From an uncultured delta proteobacterium (GTDB lineage Bacteria > Myxococcota_A > Polyangia > Polyangiales > Houyiibacteriaceae): DNA of 64,000 bases. The notes under the pieces were generated by a model. It was not told the origin of the DNA, did no database searches, and saw nothing but the letters and a program-made list of their open reading frames with translations. The stretch lies in NCBI GenBank assembly GCA_963699755.1, contig CAVOVB010000003.1, forward strand, positions 192,001-256,000, written 5' to 3'. Position 1 is the first letter of the stretch, and the number at the start of each line of letters is the position of its first letter. Made by a program: the position numbers and the translations under genes. Positions 52,457 to 62,033 of this stretch are shown one piece after another.

Positions 52457-52491
52457 CACAGTGATGCTGCGATGGGCAGCTTTGTCTCGGG

Positions 52492-54318
52492 TCAGTTCAC
52501 GGCGAAGTCCACGCCCGCGCCTTGAGCGTCGAAGGTGCAGACCGACTGGTCGACCGAGACGAGCGGGTTACCGCCCAGGGTCAGGTCGAGGGTGAAGTTG
52601 CCGTCCCAGTTGACATTGACGGTCGAGCCCGTGCCACCTGTCGGGCCCGCCGCGCCCGAGCCTGCGGTGATCTCGCCCGGGGTTGCGATCGTCAGGGTGC
52701 TTCCCGTGATGTAGGCACCGATGAGCTGCCCGGTCGCTGCCGCGGTCAGCCCGCTTGCAATCGAGCCAGGGATTGCTCCGCCGACAGAGGCGCCCGTCAC
52801 GTCCGCAGCGATCGCCAGCGCACCGAGCTCAGCGGCGTTGCCCAAGGTCGGCAGCAAGAAGTTCCCGGCTGCGATCGTCCATCCGGTGCTCAGGTTGTTG
52901 GCGCCGTCCGAGACGACATCGAGGGTGATATCCACCTGAAGCTGGATGTTCGTGTTGAGCGCGGTCACGAAGACCGTGCAGCCGCCCGTCGCACCGGGGC
53001 CACCGCCAACCGGCGTGGTGTTCGCCCGCCAGAGGGTGCTGCCCGAACCGGCCTCGATGACCGGGTCCGAGGCGACCACGCACTCGCCGTTCATGCACGT
53101 GCCGGTGTTGTCAAAGCACAACCGGCCATCATCCGCATTGTTGAGGGTGCAGGCGTTGCTTTCACAGGCCGCCACTTGGCACTCGCCGCCGCCCGGACAC
53201 TGGGTCTCGTCTCGGCACTCGACGCACGCGTTGTCGACGCAGACGAGGTCACCGCAGTCGGCGTCTCCGTTGCAGTCCACGCAGGTGCCCGCGCCATCAC
53301 AAACGCCCGCGACGCTGTCGTTCAGGCAATCATCGCCCAGGGTGGCATCTTGCGACACACACACGCCTGCATCGCACGTGTTGATCGTGCAGTCGTTTTG
53401 GTCGTCGCAGTCGATGTTCATTGTGCATTCGGGCTGCCCGCCTGCGCCTCCCGTGCCGCCCGTGCCGACAGCGCCGCCAGTGCCAACTTCGCCTCCCATG
53501 CCGCCCATGCCGCCGGTGCCGACAGCGCCGCCGGTGCCAACTTCGCCTCCCATGCCGCCTGCGCCAGCTTCACCACCCATGCCGCCTGTGCCCGAGCCGC
53601 CCGTGCCACCGGTGCCGCCCTCGCCGGCGACGCAGGTGACGGGAATCGTCCACTGAGCCATGTCACAAACTTCGTCATTGTCGGTGACGCTGATGTTGAC
53701 GAAGTGATCACCCACGTCAACGCAGGTGTAAGTCGTCTCATCGGCGGCCGGGTCGGCGATGGTGCCGCCTGAGCTCGTCCAAGTGTACGTGATCGGATCG
53801 TTGTCGCGGTCGACGCCAATGGCCGAAAGGTCGATGTTGTTCCCGACCGATGTCTCTAGCGGCGAGACGACCGCCTTTGCGAGCTCCGCACAGATGTTGA
53901 ACATGCCGTTCACCCGAACCGCGCCGAGTCGCTGCGGAAGCTTACAGCGCAACATCACCATCACATTGGTCGTCTGGCCTGCCTCGACGTTGAACGGCTC
54001 CGAGCCCCTGCAGGTGGTCGTGCCGTCCACTGAAACCGCTTCTAGCGCGATCGTGTAGTCTTGGGGACCCGGCGGAAGCCCGAACACCTCGACGGATGCC
54101 GTCGAACCAGGCGCGCTCACGTTGATCGCGTCGGACATGTCCATCCCGTTGCCGGTGATGCGCCACTCCACGGTGTCGATCGTGATGTCGTCGGCGAGGA
54201 CGAGCTCGAGCGAGAGCCCGCCCGTCTCACTCGGCGCTGTGTCCGAAGAGCAGCCTGCGAACGCAAACGCAAACACTGTGCTCAGAACGAGGGAAGACAA
54301 CAAACGGTAACCGGACAT
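52492..54318 (-). CDS. Modular lipoprotein: type A N-module, Gly linker, Cys-rich repeats, one shared C-terminal domain
   Basis: Lipobox FAGC; GGAGG before ATG 54318; CDDQNDCT-type repeats. Confidence 0.85.
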   Translation of the reverse strand: MSGYRLLSSLVLSTVFAFAFAGCSSDTAPSETGGLSLELVLADDITIDTVEWRITGNGMDMSDAINVSAPGSTASVEVFGLPPGPQDYTIALEAVSVDGTTTCRGSEPFNVEAGQTTNVMVMLRCKLPQRLGAVRVNGMFNICAELAKAVVSPLETSVGNNIDLSAIGVDRDNDPITYTWTSSGGTIADPAADETTYTCVDVGDHFVNISVTDNDEVCDMAQWTIPVTCVAGEGGTGGTGGSGTGGMGGEAGAGGMGGEVGTGGAVGTGGMGGMGGEVGTGGAVGTGGTGGAGGQPECTMNIDCDDQNDCTINTCDAGVCVSQDATLGDDCLNDSVAGVCDGAGTCVDCNGDADCGDLVCVDNACVECRDETQCPGGGECQVAACESNACTLNNADDGRLCFDNTGTCMNGECVVASDPVIEAGSGSTLWRANTTPVGGGPGATGGCTVFVTALNTNIQLQVDITLDVVSDGANNLSTGWTIAAGNFLLPTLGNAAELGALAIAADVTGASVGGAIPGSIASGLTAAATGQLIGAYITGSTLTIATPGEITAGSGAAGPTGGTGSTVNVNWDGNFTLDLTLGGNPLVSVDQSVCTFDAQGAGVDFAVN

Positions 54319-54352
54319 GGGGGCCTCCATAAAACTCTCTTGGGGGAGGACG

Positions 54353-54445
54353 AAGCTACCACTGTCCGTCGAAGCTTTTCAAGAGTCTTTATTTGGGTCT
54401 TGCTGCAGTGCGGCGAAGCTCCTTCTCCTTGTGTGCTGGCTCACA
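54353..54445 (-). promoter_or_regulatory. Putative promoter TTGAAA-N18-TAGCTT with upstream box TGTGA-GCCAGC-ACACA
   Basis: -35 at 54377-54382, -10 at 54353-54358, box at 54430-54445 (minus strand). Confidence 0.6.
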
Positions 54446-54504
54446 GTTCGACGGCCAGAAGTACCGCGCGAGACGCAGGTCTAGTTCAATCCCGAGCACG
54501 CCGG

Positions 54505-57500
54505 CTACGGCTGATTCACAGCAAAATCGACGCCGGACCCCTGGACGTCGAAGGTGCAGACCGACTCGTCGACGGTCACCAGCGGGGTCCCTCCGAGGGT
54601 CAGCTCGACGGTGAAGGTGCCGTCCCAGTTCACGTTGATGCTCGAGCCGGTCGGAACGATGCGCGCGCTGCCCTCGCTGATTTCCGTCGGCGTGGTCAGG
54701 ATGAAGACGTCGCCGACGAGGAAGGCGCCGATGAGTTGCCCGAGCGCCGCCGGGTTGGCGCTGCTCGGAATCGCGCTTGGCGTTCCGTTGCTGACCTGCG
54801 CGCGGATATCGATGCCGCCGTACTCCGCCGCGTTGCCGGCAGACGGAAGAAGGAAGTGTTGCACTTCGGCGGTCCAAGCGGTGCTGATGTTGTTGGAGCC
54901 GTCGGAGCTCACGCCGAGCGTCAAGGTGACGTCGAGAGGGAGCACGGTGTTGAGCACTGTGACGAAGACCGCGCAGCCAGCGCCGGTCGCGCTCGGCCCG
55001 CCACTCGATCCAAGCGGGGTCGTGCGCGCTTGCCAGACCGTCTGGCCGCTGCCCGCCGCAACCACCGGGGCTGCGACCTCGATACAGACACCGGCCCCGT
55101 CACACTCCCCGAACGGGCCCGTGCCCGGATTGCAGAACGTGCCGGCGGGCTCGAAGGACGATGCCGGGCAGATGCCGCCTGCGGCCGAATCACAGGGCGG
55201 GTCGGCGGTGCAGTCATTGCCGTCGTCGCAGACGATGCCCAGGCAGTTGTCGATGCAGCTTCCGCTCTGGCAGGCTCCGTTGCCGCCGTTGCATGCGGTT
55301 CCGTCGGGCTGGTTGTCCGGCGGCACAGGCTCGCATTGCTCGGTCGATGGGTTGCAGGTCTGTGGCAGCCTGCACTCGGTCCCGGCACTGCAGCCGTCGA
55401 TGGTGCAACCCGCCGGCACGCAAGCGCCCGCCTGACACTCGCCGAGGCCACTGAGGCTCGCCGCGCTGCTGCACGCGGTTCCATCCGCCGCCGGGGCATT
55501 GACGCAGACGGCAGAGCCGCTCGAATCATCGCAGCTATCGACCGTGCAATCGTTGCCATCGTCGAAGCAGTCGGGCGGCGGGGGAGGGGTTGCCGTCGGG
55601 CTGCACGGCAGGTCGCCGAAGCTGACGCCCGAGCCCTGGACGTTGAACAGGCATGCGTCCTGGTTGAACTCGAGCAAGGGGTTTCCGCCGAGGGTGAGCT
55701 GCAGGTCGAACTTACCGTCCCAGTTGACGCGTAGGCCCGGAGCGCCAGGCGTGACCGCCGCAACGCCTTGGGTGATCTCGCTTGGGGTCCCCAAGGTCAG
55801 CAGGCCTCCGGTGACGAAAGCGCCGATCAGCTGTCCGGTCGCCGCTGCATTCGCTGTGCTTGGAATGCTGCTCGGCACGCCGCCCGTGACGATGGCGTTC
55901 AAGCTCAAGCTGCCGTACTCCGCTGCGTTGGACAGGGTGGGAAGAAGGAACTGCTGCAGCGAGACGGTCCAATCGGTGGCGAAGTTGTTGTTCCCGTCGG
56001 ACGTCACGCCCAATACCACGGTCGTGTCGAAGTAGATGGTCGTTCCGATCACGGTCGGATCAACCGCGCAGCCCCCGCTCGTCGCCGTTGGCCCTCCAGT
56101 CGACCCGAACGGAATCGTATTGGCAACCCAGGTCGTCGTGCCGCTGCCCGCCGGGATGATGGGAACCTCGAGACAGGCCCCGTTCTGGCAAGAGCCGGCG
56201 CCCGTGGCCGTGGGCGCAGTGCTACAGGCCGTTCCGTTTGCAAGCGGCGCATTCACGCAGACCGCCGCGCCGCTCGAGTCGTCGCAGCTATCCACGGTGC
56301 ACTCGTTCCCATCGTCGAAGCAAGCCGCGGGCGGGGGAGGGCTCGCCGTAGGGTTACACGGCGAATCGCCGAAGCCGAAATTGATATCGCCGCCGATCAC
56401 GTCGAACTCGGTGGTGTCCTGGTCGATGGTGAGGAGCGGGTTGCCGCCGAGCGTCAGCTCGATGCTGAAGTTCCCGTCCCAGTTGACGCGCACACTCGGA
56501 CCGGTGGGGGTAATCGTGGCGCTTCCCCGGGTGACCTGGCCGGGCGAGCTGAGGGTCAGAGTGTCTCCGTTGAGGAAGGCGCTGATCGGCTGTCCCGTCG
56601 CGGCCGGCGTGAAGGTGCTCGGGATGAAGCTCGGCGTCCCACCGGTGACGACGGCACCGATCGACAAGGCGCCGAGCTCGGCGGCGTCGCCCACGGTCGG
56701 AAGCAGGAAGTTCTGAAGCTCGACTGTCCAGTCGGTCGTGAAGTTGTTGTTCCCATCGGAAGTCACGGTCAAGGTGATATCGACCTGCAATTCGATGGTC
56801 GAGTTGAGCGCAGTCACGAACACCGTGGCGCCGCCACCGGTCGCGGTTGGGCCGCCGTTGGACCCCGGCGGCGTCGTATTGGCGCTCCACGTCGTGGAGC
56901 TGCTGCCGGCGGGGATGGTGCCTGCCGTGTTGCAGACTCCGGACTGGCAGGCGCCCACGCCCGCAGCACACGGCGTGCCGTCGGGAATAGGGTTGTTCAC
57001 GCACAGCGGAGGGCCCGGAGTGCCGGACGACAAGTCGCAAAAATCTGTCGTGCAATCGTTGCCGTCGTCGCAGTCGTCGCCTAGGCAGCCGTCGTCGCCC
57101 ACAATGGTCAGAGCGACCTCTTTGGTCTTGTCGCAGTCGACGTCGCCGTCGGTGGTCACCGCGGTGCAGGTGATGGAGTCACCCGGGGTCGCGGGGACGT
57201 TCGGAGTGTTGGGATCGCCGTCGTCGTCGACCGTTGCGCACGAGACGAAGAAGCCGCCGACGCCTGGGGCAAGGGCGCCAGGAGGCGGATCGCCGATGTT
57301 GCCGAGGGTGTCACCCGAGAAGGTGCAGCTGGCAGCCGGGTTGAGGCCATCGCAGCTAATCGCACACGCGCCGAGGGTGCTCGCGCAGGTGACCGTGGTC
57401 GAGACGCCGGGGTCCGGACCGGGCGTGCAGCTCAGGCCGGTGGGTGTCGGGTTGCAGGTCTGCGGGTCGCAGCTGGTGCCGCACTGGCTGTCGCCATCGC

Positions 57501-58239
57501 GGAAACGCACTTGACAGGCCGTCGCCAACACGTCGCCAACGGGGGGAATCGTGCGAACGTCGAGCTCGGAGTCGATGCAGTTCAGGACGAAGAGGTCGGG
57601 GCAGAAGTTCGCCACGTTGAACGAGAAGTCCCCGTCGAGGTCGAGCATGCCGACCGGCGCCTGGAAGCTGATCCCGCAGTACATGAGGACGTTGACCTTG
57701 GTGACCGAGTCCGCTGCGATGTCGAAGGTCTCGGTCGCCGAGCAGATGACCTCGCCGTCGCCGTCACGCGCGCGGAGCTGCACGGTGCAGCCGGCGGTCG
57801 GCGGCAGGTCCATGAAGCCCTGCCAGACGTAGACCTCCGAGAGGTCCGGGCCGAAGTCCTGGTTGCTGACGCCGCCAGACGCGGTGTCGAGAACCTCGAG
57901 CACACCGCTGATGGTCACGTCGTCCGCGAAGCTCGCGTTGTTGTCGAGGAACGGCCCGTTGTCGGCGCCGTCGTTACACGCGATGGTGTATTCGACCACC
58001 TGGATGTCGAAGGCCGCCGGCTGGGGGGTGCCGTCGGGGGCTGGGGACTGACCGCCGTTGTTGGGAATCACGACATTGAGCTCGGTGTTGCCCACGGAAG
58101 GTTCTGCGCCGCCGTTGCAGCCGACCAACGCGGCTAAGCACAGCGACCCGAACAATCGACCGACAAGCATCAGCGAAGGGCGCGAGCCAAACGCATCGCA
58201 TGGCGCTCCGAAAGCTTTGGCGCCGACTGCAATAGGCAT
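54505..58239 (-). CDS. Modular lipoprotein: type B N-module, Cys-rich repeats, three copies of the shared domain
   Basis: Lipobox LVGC; copies at ~56375-56920, ~55620-56165 and ~54505-55070 separated by DDGNxCTxDxC repeats; start 58239 or 58170. Confidence 0.85.
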   Translation of the reverse strand: MPIAVGAKAFGAPCDAFGSRPSLMLVGRLFGSLCLAALVGCNGGAEPSVGNTELNVVIPNNGGQSPAPDGTPQPAAFDIQVVEYTIACNDGADNGPFLDNNASFADDVTISGVLEVLDTASGGVSNQDFGPDLSEVYVWQGFMDLPPTAGCTVQLRARDGDGEVICSATETFDIAADSVTKVNVLMYCGISFQAPVGMLDLDGDFSFNVANFCPDLFVLNCIDSELDVRTIPPVGDVLATACQVRFRDGDSQCGTSCDPQTCNPTPTGLSCTPGPDPGVSTTVTCASTLGACAISCDGLNPAASCTFSGDTLGNIGDPPPGALAPGVGGFFVSCATVDDDGDPNTPNVPATPGDSITCTAVTTDGDVDCDKTKEVALTIVGDDGCLGDDCDDGNDCTTDFCDLSSGTPGPPLCVNNPIPDGTPCAAGVGACQSGVCNTAGTIPAGSSSTTWSANTTPPGSNGGPTATGGGATVFVTALNSTIELQVDITLTVTSDGNNNFTTDWTVELQNFLLPTVGDAAELGALSIGAVVTGGTPSFIPSTFTPAATGQPISAFLNGDTLTLSSPGQVTRGSATITPTGPSVRVNWDGNFSIELTLGGNPLLTIDQDTTEFDVIGGDINFGFGDSPCNPTASPPPPAACFDDGNECTVDSCDDSSGAAVCVNAPLANGTACSTAPTATGAGSCQNGACLEVPIIPAGSGTTTWVANTIPFGSTGGPTATSGGCAVDPTVIGTTIYFDTTVVLGVTSDGNNNFATDWTVSLQQFLLPTLSNAAEYGSLSLNAIVTGGVPSSIPSTANAAATGQLIGAFVTGGLLTLGTPSEITQGVAAVTPGAPGLRVNWDGKFDLQLTLGGNPLLEFNQDACLFNVQGSGVSFGDLPCSPTATPPPPPDCFDDGNDCTVDSCDDSSGSAVCVNAPAADGTACSSAASLSGLGECQAGACVPAGCTIDGCSAGTECRLPQTCNPSTEQCEPVPPDNQPDGTACNGGNGACQSGSCIDNCLGIVCDDGNDCTADPPCDSAAGGICPASSFEPAGTFCNPGTGPFGECDGAGVCIEVAAPVVAAGSGQTVWQARTTPLGSSGGPSATGAGCAVFVTVLNTVLPLDVTLTLGVSSDGSNNISTAWTAEVQHFLLPSAGNAAEYGGIDIRAQVSNGTPSAIPSSANPAALGQLIGAFLVGDVFILTTPTEISEGSARIVPTGSSINVNWDGTFTVELTLGGTPLVTVDESVCTFDVQGSGVDFAVNQP
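57114..58052. repeat. Direct repeat copy 1 (~939 bp), apparently identical to 59792..60730
   Basis: Offset 2678; off-frame ORFs in both copies translate identically; divergence begins at both edges. Confidence 0.9.
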
Positions 58240-58320
58240 GAGTCAGCAATACGCCCTTTCGTCCAGCGCCGTCAATGACATCAGCGACAGCAATCCAACG
58301 TCCGAATCCGACCATCGCTC

Positions 58321-58356
58321 CCGCAGCCGCAGCCGCAGCCGCAGCCGCAGCCGCAG
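58321..58356. repeat. Simple sequence repeat (CCGCAG)6
   Basis: Read directly; intergenic, upstream of the 54505..58239 gene. Confidence 0.9.
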
Positions 58357-58593
58357 CCACGGCCGCCGCTCGCGCTGGCACTGCCGCTGACACGGACGGT
58401 GATGCAGCCAGGTACCTCGACTTGTACGCAGGGGGGCGGCTCGGGATGGGCAGTACAGCGATTGGGTCGAGCCTAGCCGTAGGTCGTTTTGGAGAGTTGG
58501 GGGGCGAGTGGGTCCCAATCGCGAGCACGCCCGTCGCGAGCCGCCCTCCGATGGCGCAGTTGCGCAACACAGTTGCTATCGCGGCCCTATAAC

Positions 58594-58628
58594 GAGAAAA
58601 CCCGCGAGCCGAAGCCCGCGGGTCTCTC
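58594..58628 (-). terminator. Intrinsic terminator after 58659..60857
   Basis: GAGAAAACCCGCG...CGCGGGTCTCTC hairpin with T-run on the minus strand. Confidence 0.75.
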
Positions 58629-58658
58629 AGTGTGTCGCTGCTTAGCAGCGTGTTGGCG

Positions 58659-60857
58659 TTACTGGACTAGGAAGTTGACGCCCGTGCCCTGGTTGTCGAA
58701 CACGCAGACCGACTCGTCGACCGTCACGAGCGGGTTGCCGCCGAGCGTGAGGTCTAGAGCGAACGTGCCGTCCCAGTTGACGTTGACCGTCGAGCCTACG
58801 CCACCGGTCGGCGTCGCCGCAGCCAAGCCGTTGGTGATCTCGCCAGGGCTCGAGATGACGAGGTTGTTACCCGAGATGAAGGCACCGATGAGCTGCCCGG
58901 TCGCTGCCGCGGTCAGGCTACTCGGGATCGATGCCGGGGTCGCGTTCGTCACGTTTGCGGCAATCGCTAGAGCACCGAGCTCCGCTGCATTGCCAAGGGT
59001 CGGCAGCAGGAAGTTCGCTGCGAGGATCCCCCAGCCCGTGCTCAGGTTGTTGGCACCGTCCGACACGACGTCGAGGGTGATGTCCACCTGGAGCTGGATG
59101 TTGGTGTTGAGCGCAGTCACGAAGACCGTGCAGCCGCCCGTTGCACCGGGGCCACCGCCAGGCGGGGCGGTGTTCGCCTGCCAGAGGGTGGTGCCAGAAC
59201 CGGCCGCGATGACCGGGGGTGTGGAGCACACGCCAGCGTCACAGGCGCCGCCAGCCGGTGGCGAGCACGCGGTGCCGTCGGCCGCGTCCTGCGAACCGCA
59301 CACGTACGGCGAGACACCGGTGTTGCAGAGGCCGACCTGACAATCGGTAGCCGTGCCCACATCCGGACAGTCGGCGTCCGCCTGGCAGGCGTCGCTGCTC
59401 GCGCAAACGCCGGCGGCGTTGCAGGTGCCGACACCGGAGCCGACGCCGGAGTCGCAAGCGCCGCCTAGGTTGGTCGGAGCCTGGCTGCATGAGCCGCCAG
59501 CCTCACAGGTGCCGACGGTGCAGGGGTTGCTGTCTTGGCAGAACGCAGTCGGATCCGGCTGCGCGTTGCAGTCCGTTGAAAAGCAGACTCCACCGGTACA
59601 TGTGCCGGGGAAGCCGCCGCCGTCGGTACAGGCAGTGTTATCCGGCAAGCTCGGGTTGGTGCAGCAGTTGGCCTGTGTGCCGTCGCAAGTCGCGTCGACG
59701 CAGACGTCGGCGGTGCAGGTATTGCCGTCGGCGCAGCTACCGCCGCCTGCCGCGAAGTTCTGGCAGGGCGAGAGACCGGCGATGGTCAGGTCGACCTCTT
59801 TGGTCTTGTCGCAGTCGACGTCGCCGTCGGTGGTCACCGCGGTGCAGGTGATGGAGTCACCCGGGGTCGCGGGGACGTTCGGAGTGTTGGGATCGCCGTC
59901 GTCGTCGACCGTTGCGCACGAGACGAAGAAGCCGCCGACGCCTGGGGCAAGGGCGCCAGGAGGCGGATCGCCGATGTTGCCGAGGGTGTCACCCGAGAAG
60001 GTGCAGCTGGCAGCCGGGTTGAGGCCATCGCAGCTAATCGCACACGCGCCGAGGGTGCTCGCGCAGGTGACCGTGGTCGAGACGCCGGGGTCCGGACCGG
60101 GCGTGCAGCTCAGGCCGGTGGGTGTCGGGTTGCAGGTCTGCGGGTCGCAGCTGGTGCCGCACTGGCTGTCGCCATCGCGGAAACGCACTTGACAGGCCGT
60201 CGCCAACACGTCGCCAACGGGGGGAATCGTGCGAACGTCGAGCTCGGAGTCGATGCAGTTCAGGACGAAGAGGTCGGGGCAGAAGTTCGCCACGTTGAAC
60301 GAGAAGTCCCCGTCGAGGTCGAGCATGCCGACCGGCGCCTGGAAGCTGATCCCGCAGTACATGAGGACGTTGACCTTGGTGACCGAGTCCGCTGCGATGT
60401 CGAAGGTCTCGGTCGCCGAGCAGATGACCTCGCCGTCGCCGTCACGCGCGCGGAGCTGCACGGTGCAGCCGGCGGTCGGCGGCAGGTCCATGAAGCCCTG
60501 CCAGACGTAGACCTCCGAGAGGTCCGGGCCGAAGTCCTGGTTGCTGACGCCGCCAGACGCGGTGTCGAGAACCTCGAGCACACCGCTGATGGTCACGTCG
60601 TCCGCGAAGCTCGCGTTGTTGTCGAGGAACGGCCCGTTGTCGGCGCCGTCGTTACACGCGATGGTGTATTCGACCACCTGGATGTCGAAGGCCGCCGGCT
60701 GGGGGGTGCCGTCGGGGGCTGGGGACTGACTGCCGTTGTTGGGAATCACAACGTTCAGCTCCGTGTTGCCTGCAGTACCGCCCTCGCCGCTTGTGCAGCC
60801 GGCTAGGGCCCCGATACATGCAAGCACGATCCATGGGGTAAATCGTGTCTTAGTCAT
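58659..60857 (-). CDS. Modular lipoprotein: type B N-module, Cys-rich repeats, one shared C-terminal domain
   Basis: AAGGAG RBS, MTKTRF...LAGC lipobox; shared domain at ~58659-59215. Confidence 0.85.
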   Translation of the reverse strand: MTKTRFTPWIVLACIGALAGCTSGEGGTAGNTELNVVIPNNGSQSPAPDGTPQPAAFDIQVVEYTIACNDGADNGPFLDNNASFADDVTISGVLEVLDTASGGVSNQDFGPDLSEVYVWQGFMDLPPTAGCTVQLRARDGDGEVICSATETFDIAADSVTKVNVLMYCGISFQAPVGMLDLDGDFSFNVANFCPDLFVLNCIDSELDVRTIPPVGDVLATACQVRFRDGDSQCGTSCDPQTCNPTPTGLSCTPGPDPGVSTTVTCASTLGACAISCDGLNPAASCTFSGDTLGNIGDPPPGALAPGVGGFFVSCATVDDDGDPNTPNVPATPGDSITCTAVTTDGDVDCDKTKEVDLTIAGLSPCQNFAAGGGSCADGNTCTADVCVDATCDGTQANCCTNPSLPDNTACTDGGGFPGTCTGGVCFSTDCNAQPDPTAFCQDSNPCTVGTCEAGGSCSQAPTNLGGACDSGVGSGVGTCNAAGVCASSDACQADADCPDVGTATDCQVGLCNTGVSPYVCGSQDAADGTACSPPAGGACDAGVCSTPPVIAAGSGTTLWQANTAPPGGGPGATGGCTVFVTALNTNIQLQVDITLDVVSDGANNLSTGWGILAANFLLPTLGNAAELGALAIAANVTNATPASIPSSLTAAATGQLIGAFISGNNLVISSPGEITNGLAAATPTGGVGSTVNVNWDGTFALDLTLGGNPLVTVDESVCVFDNQGTGVNFLVQ
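59792..60730. repeat. Direct repeat copy 2 (~939 bp)
   Basis: Matches 57114..58052. Confidence 0.9.
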
Positions 60858-60927
60858 TCTTTCGCTCCTTGAATTGGATAAATCACTACGACTAGCGCAG
60901 CGGTTCGTGAACGGGTTCACGGAGGAG

Positions 60928-61058
60928 GTGCTATCTCAGCACGTTTCGCGATGTCAACAGTTTCTGTTTCCACTTTGATCGCGCGTACGGCCTCAGGCCG
61001 ATCTGTGTGAGGAGAGATACAATTGCGCAGAAAAACCTACGCGGTGAGCCGGCTTACA
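60928..61058 (-). promoter_or_regulatory. Putative promoter TTGACA-N18-TAGCAC with two degenerate CRP-type boxes
   Basis: -35 at 60952-60957, -10 at 60928-60933; boxes TGTGA-GGAGAG-ATACA (61006-61021) and GGTGA-GCCGGC-TTACA (61043-61058). Confidence 0.55.
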
Positions 61059-61310
61059 GTTGGTGCGCCTTCACCGGTGCTCGGTGGCGGAAATGCAGAG
61101 CAATTCAGATTGAAGGCCTGGCGTCGCGACGGCGGTCCGGGGATCTTGATGCACCACGAGTCGTTGACGGGATTCGGACTGCTCGCCCGTCCAGAGTCCG
61201 CGCGCTCAAGCTCCGCGCTGTTCGAAGATCGCTCCGAGCGAAGCCCGACGTCCGAAAAGATCCAATGATGCGCTGGAACCGGACGCGCGACCTGAGGGGA
61301 CGGGAAAAAC

Positions 61311-61970
61311 CTACTGAATGAGGATCGTGCCCGAGCCGACGCGTGGGGTTGTCCCGAGATCGACACAGGTGCCGTCGATCTGAATGACTTCGCCGTTTTC
61401 GATCAGTGTTCGGTCGTACGGCTCATTGACGCCGCAGGGACGAGCGTCAGGCTCGTCGGAGCATTGGGCGAGGTCGAAGACCACCGAGCGCGCGTCGCAA
61501 TCAAGGCCACACAAGGTCAGCCTCATGAAAAAGCGGCCTCGCGTGCCTGGGTCGGTTTCGAGCAGGAGCGAGATCACTTCGTTCCCGGGGGTCTCGACCT
61601 CGTCGACGAAGACCACGTCGCTAGGCGTTGAGGTGTTGACCAGCTCGACCTTGACGCGGCGCGTGGCGCGATTGACGGTGACCTCGGCCTCGATCGGTGC
61701 TCCCGGGCTCGCCTGGGCCTGCCCCACCGTGGATTGCACCGCGATGCCCGTGAGCAGGAAGATGGGCGGGCTCTGCGCGGGCAGGTCCGGCTGGTCGGCG
61801 GGGAAGCTCGGCTGAATGCAGCCGCCGCCCACCCCGCCGTCGAAGCCGATGTTGATCACGTTCGTGGGCTGACGTGCGCCGCCGCCGGCATCCTTACAAC
61901 TGATCAGAAACGAGCAGACGACGGGAATGAAGAAGAGAGCTAGCGCGGAACGCAGTGGATTAAGTTTCAT
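61311..61970 (-). CDS. Hypothetical lipoprotein
   Basis: AAGGA RBS; lipobox LISC; beta-rich with Cys pairs. Confidence 0.65.
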   Translation of the reverse strand: MKLNPLRSALALFFIPVVCSFLISCKDAGGGARQPTNVINIGFDGGVGGGCIQPSFPADQPDLPAQSPPIFLLTGIAVQSTVGQAQASPGAPIEAEVTVNRATRRVKVELVNTSTPSDVVFVDEVETPGNEVISLLLETDPGTRGRFFMRLTLCGLDCDARSVVFDLAQCSDEPDARPCGVNEPYDRTLIENGEVIQIDGTCVDLGTTPRVGSGTILIQ

Positions 61971-62033
61971 AACGGTCCTTTGGGGAGAATTGACAAGACT
62001 AGACGGACATGCCTTTGAGCTCAAGGGGACTCG

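Noticed and set aside
52445..52460. CRP-type box upstream of 51574..52311
   Set aside because: Only one half-site (TCACA) matches and it overlaps the terminator hairpin.
49543..55734. Long antisense ORFs (e.g. 49543..51240, 52522..53772, 54061..55734; also 9360..10736)
   Set aside because: Shadow frames of high-GC genes lying opposite well-supported CDSs.
58275..58592. Poly-Ala, (RL)n or (GC)n small peptides around the CCGCAG repeat
   Set aside because: Products of the microsatellite. The Gly-Cys frame has no ATG or RBS after its upstream stop, and no modifying enzymes are nearby.
57114..60730. Diversity-generating retroelement template/variable repeat pair
   Set aside because: The copies look identical rather than differing at adenines, both lie within coding regions, and no reverse transcriptase is in the window.
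60960..61310. Riboswitch/ncRNA or small CDS in long intergenic regions (also 26840-27060, 45500-45890)
   Set aside because: No recognisable RNA family motif, and the short ORFs lack RBS or family features; an Rfam search would be needed to exclude it.
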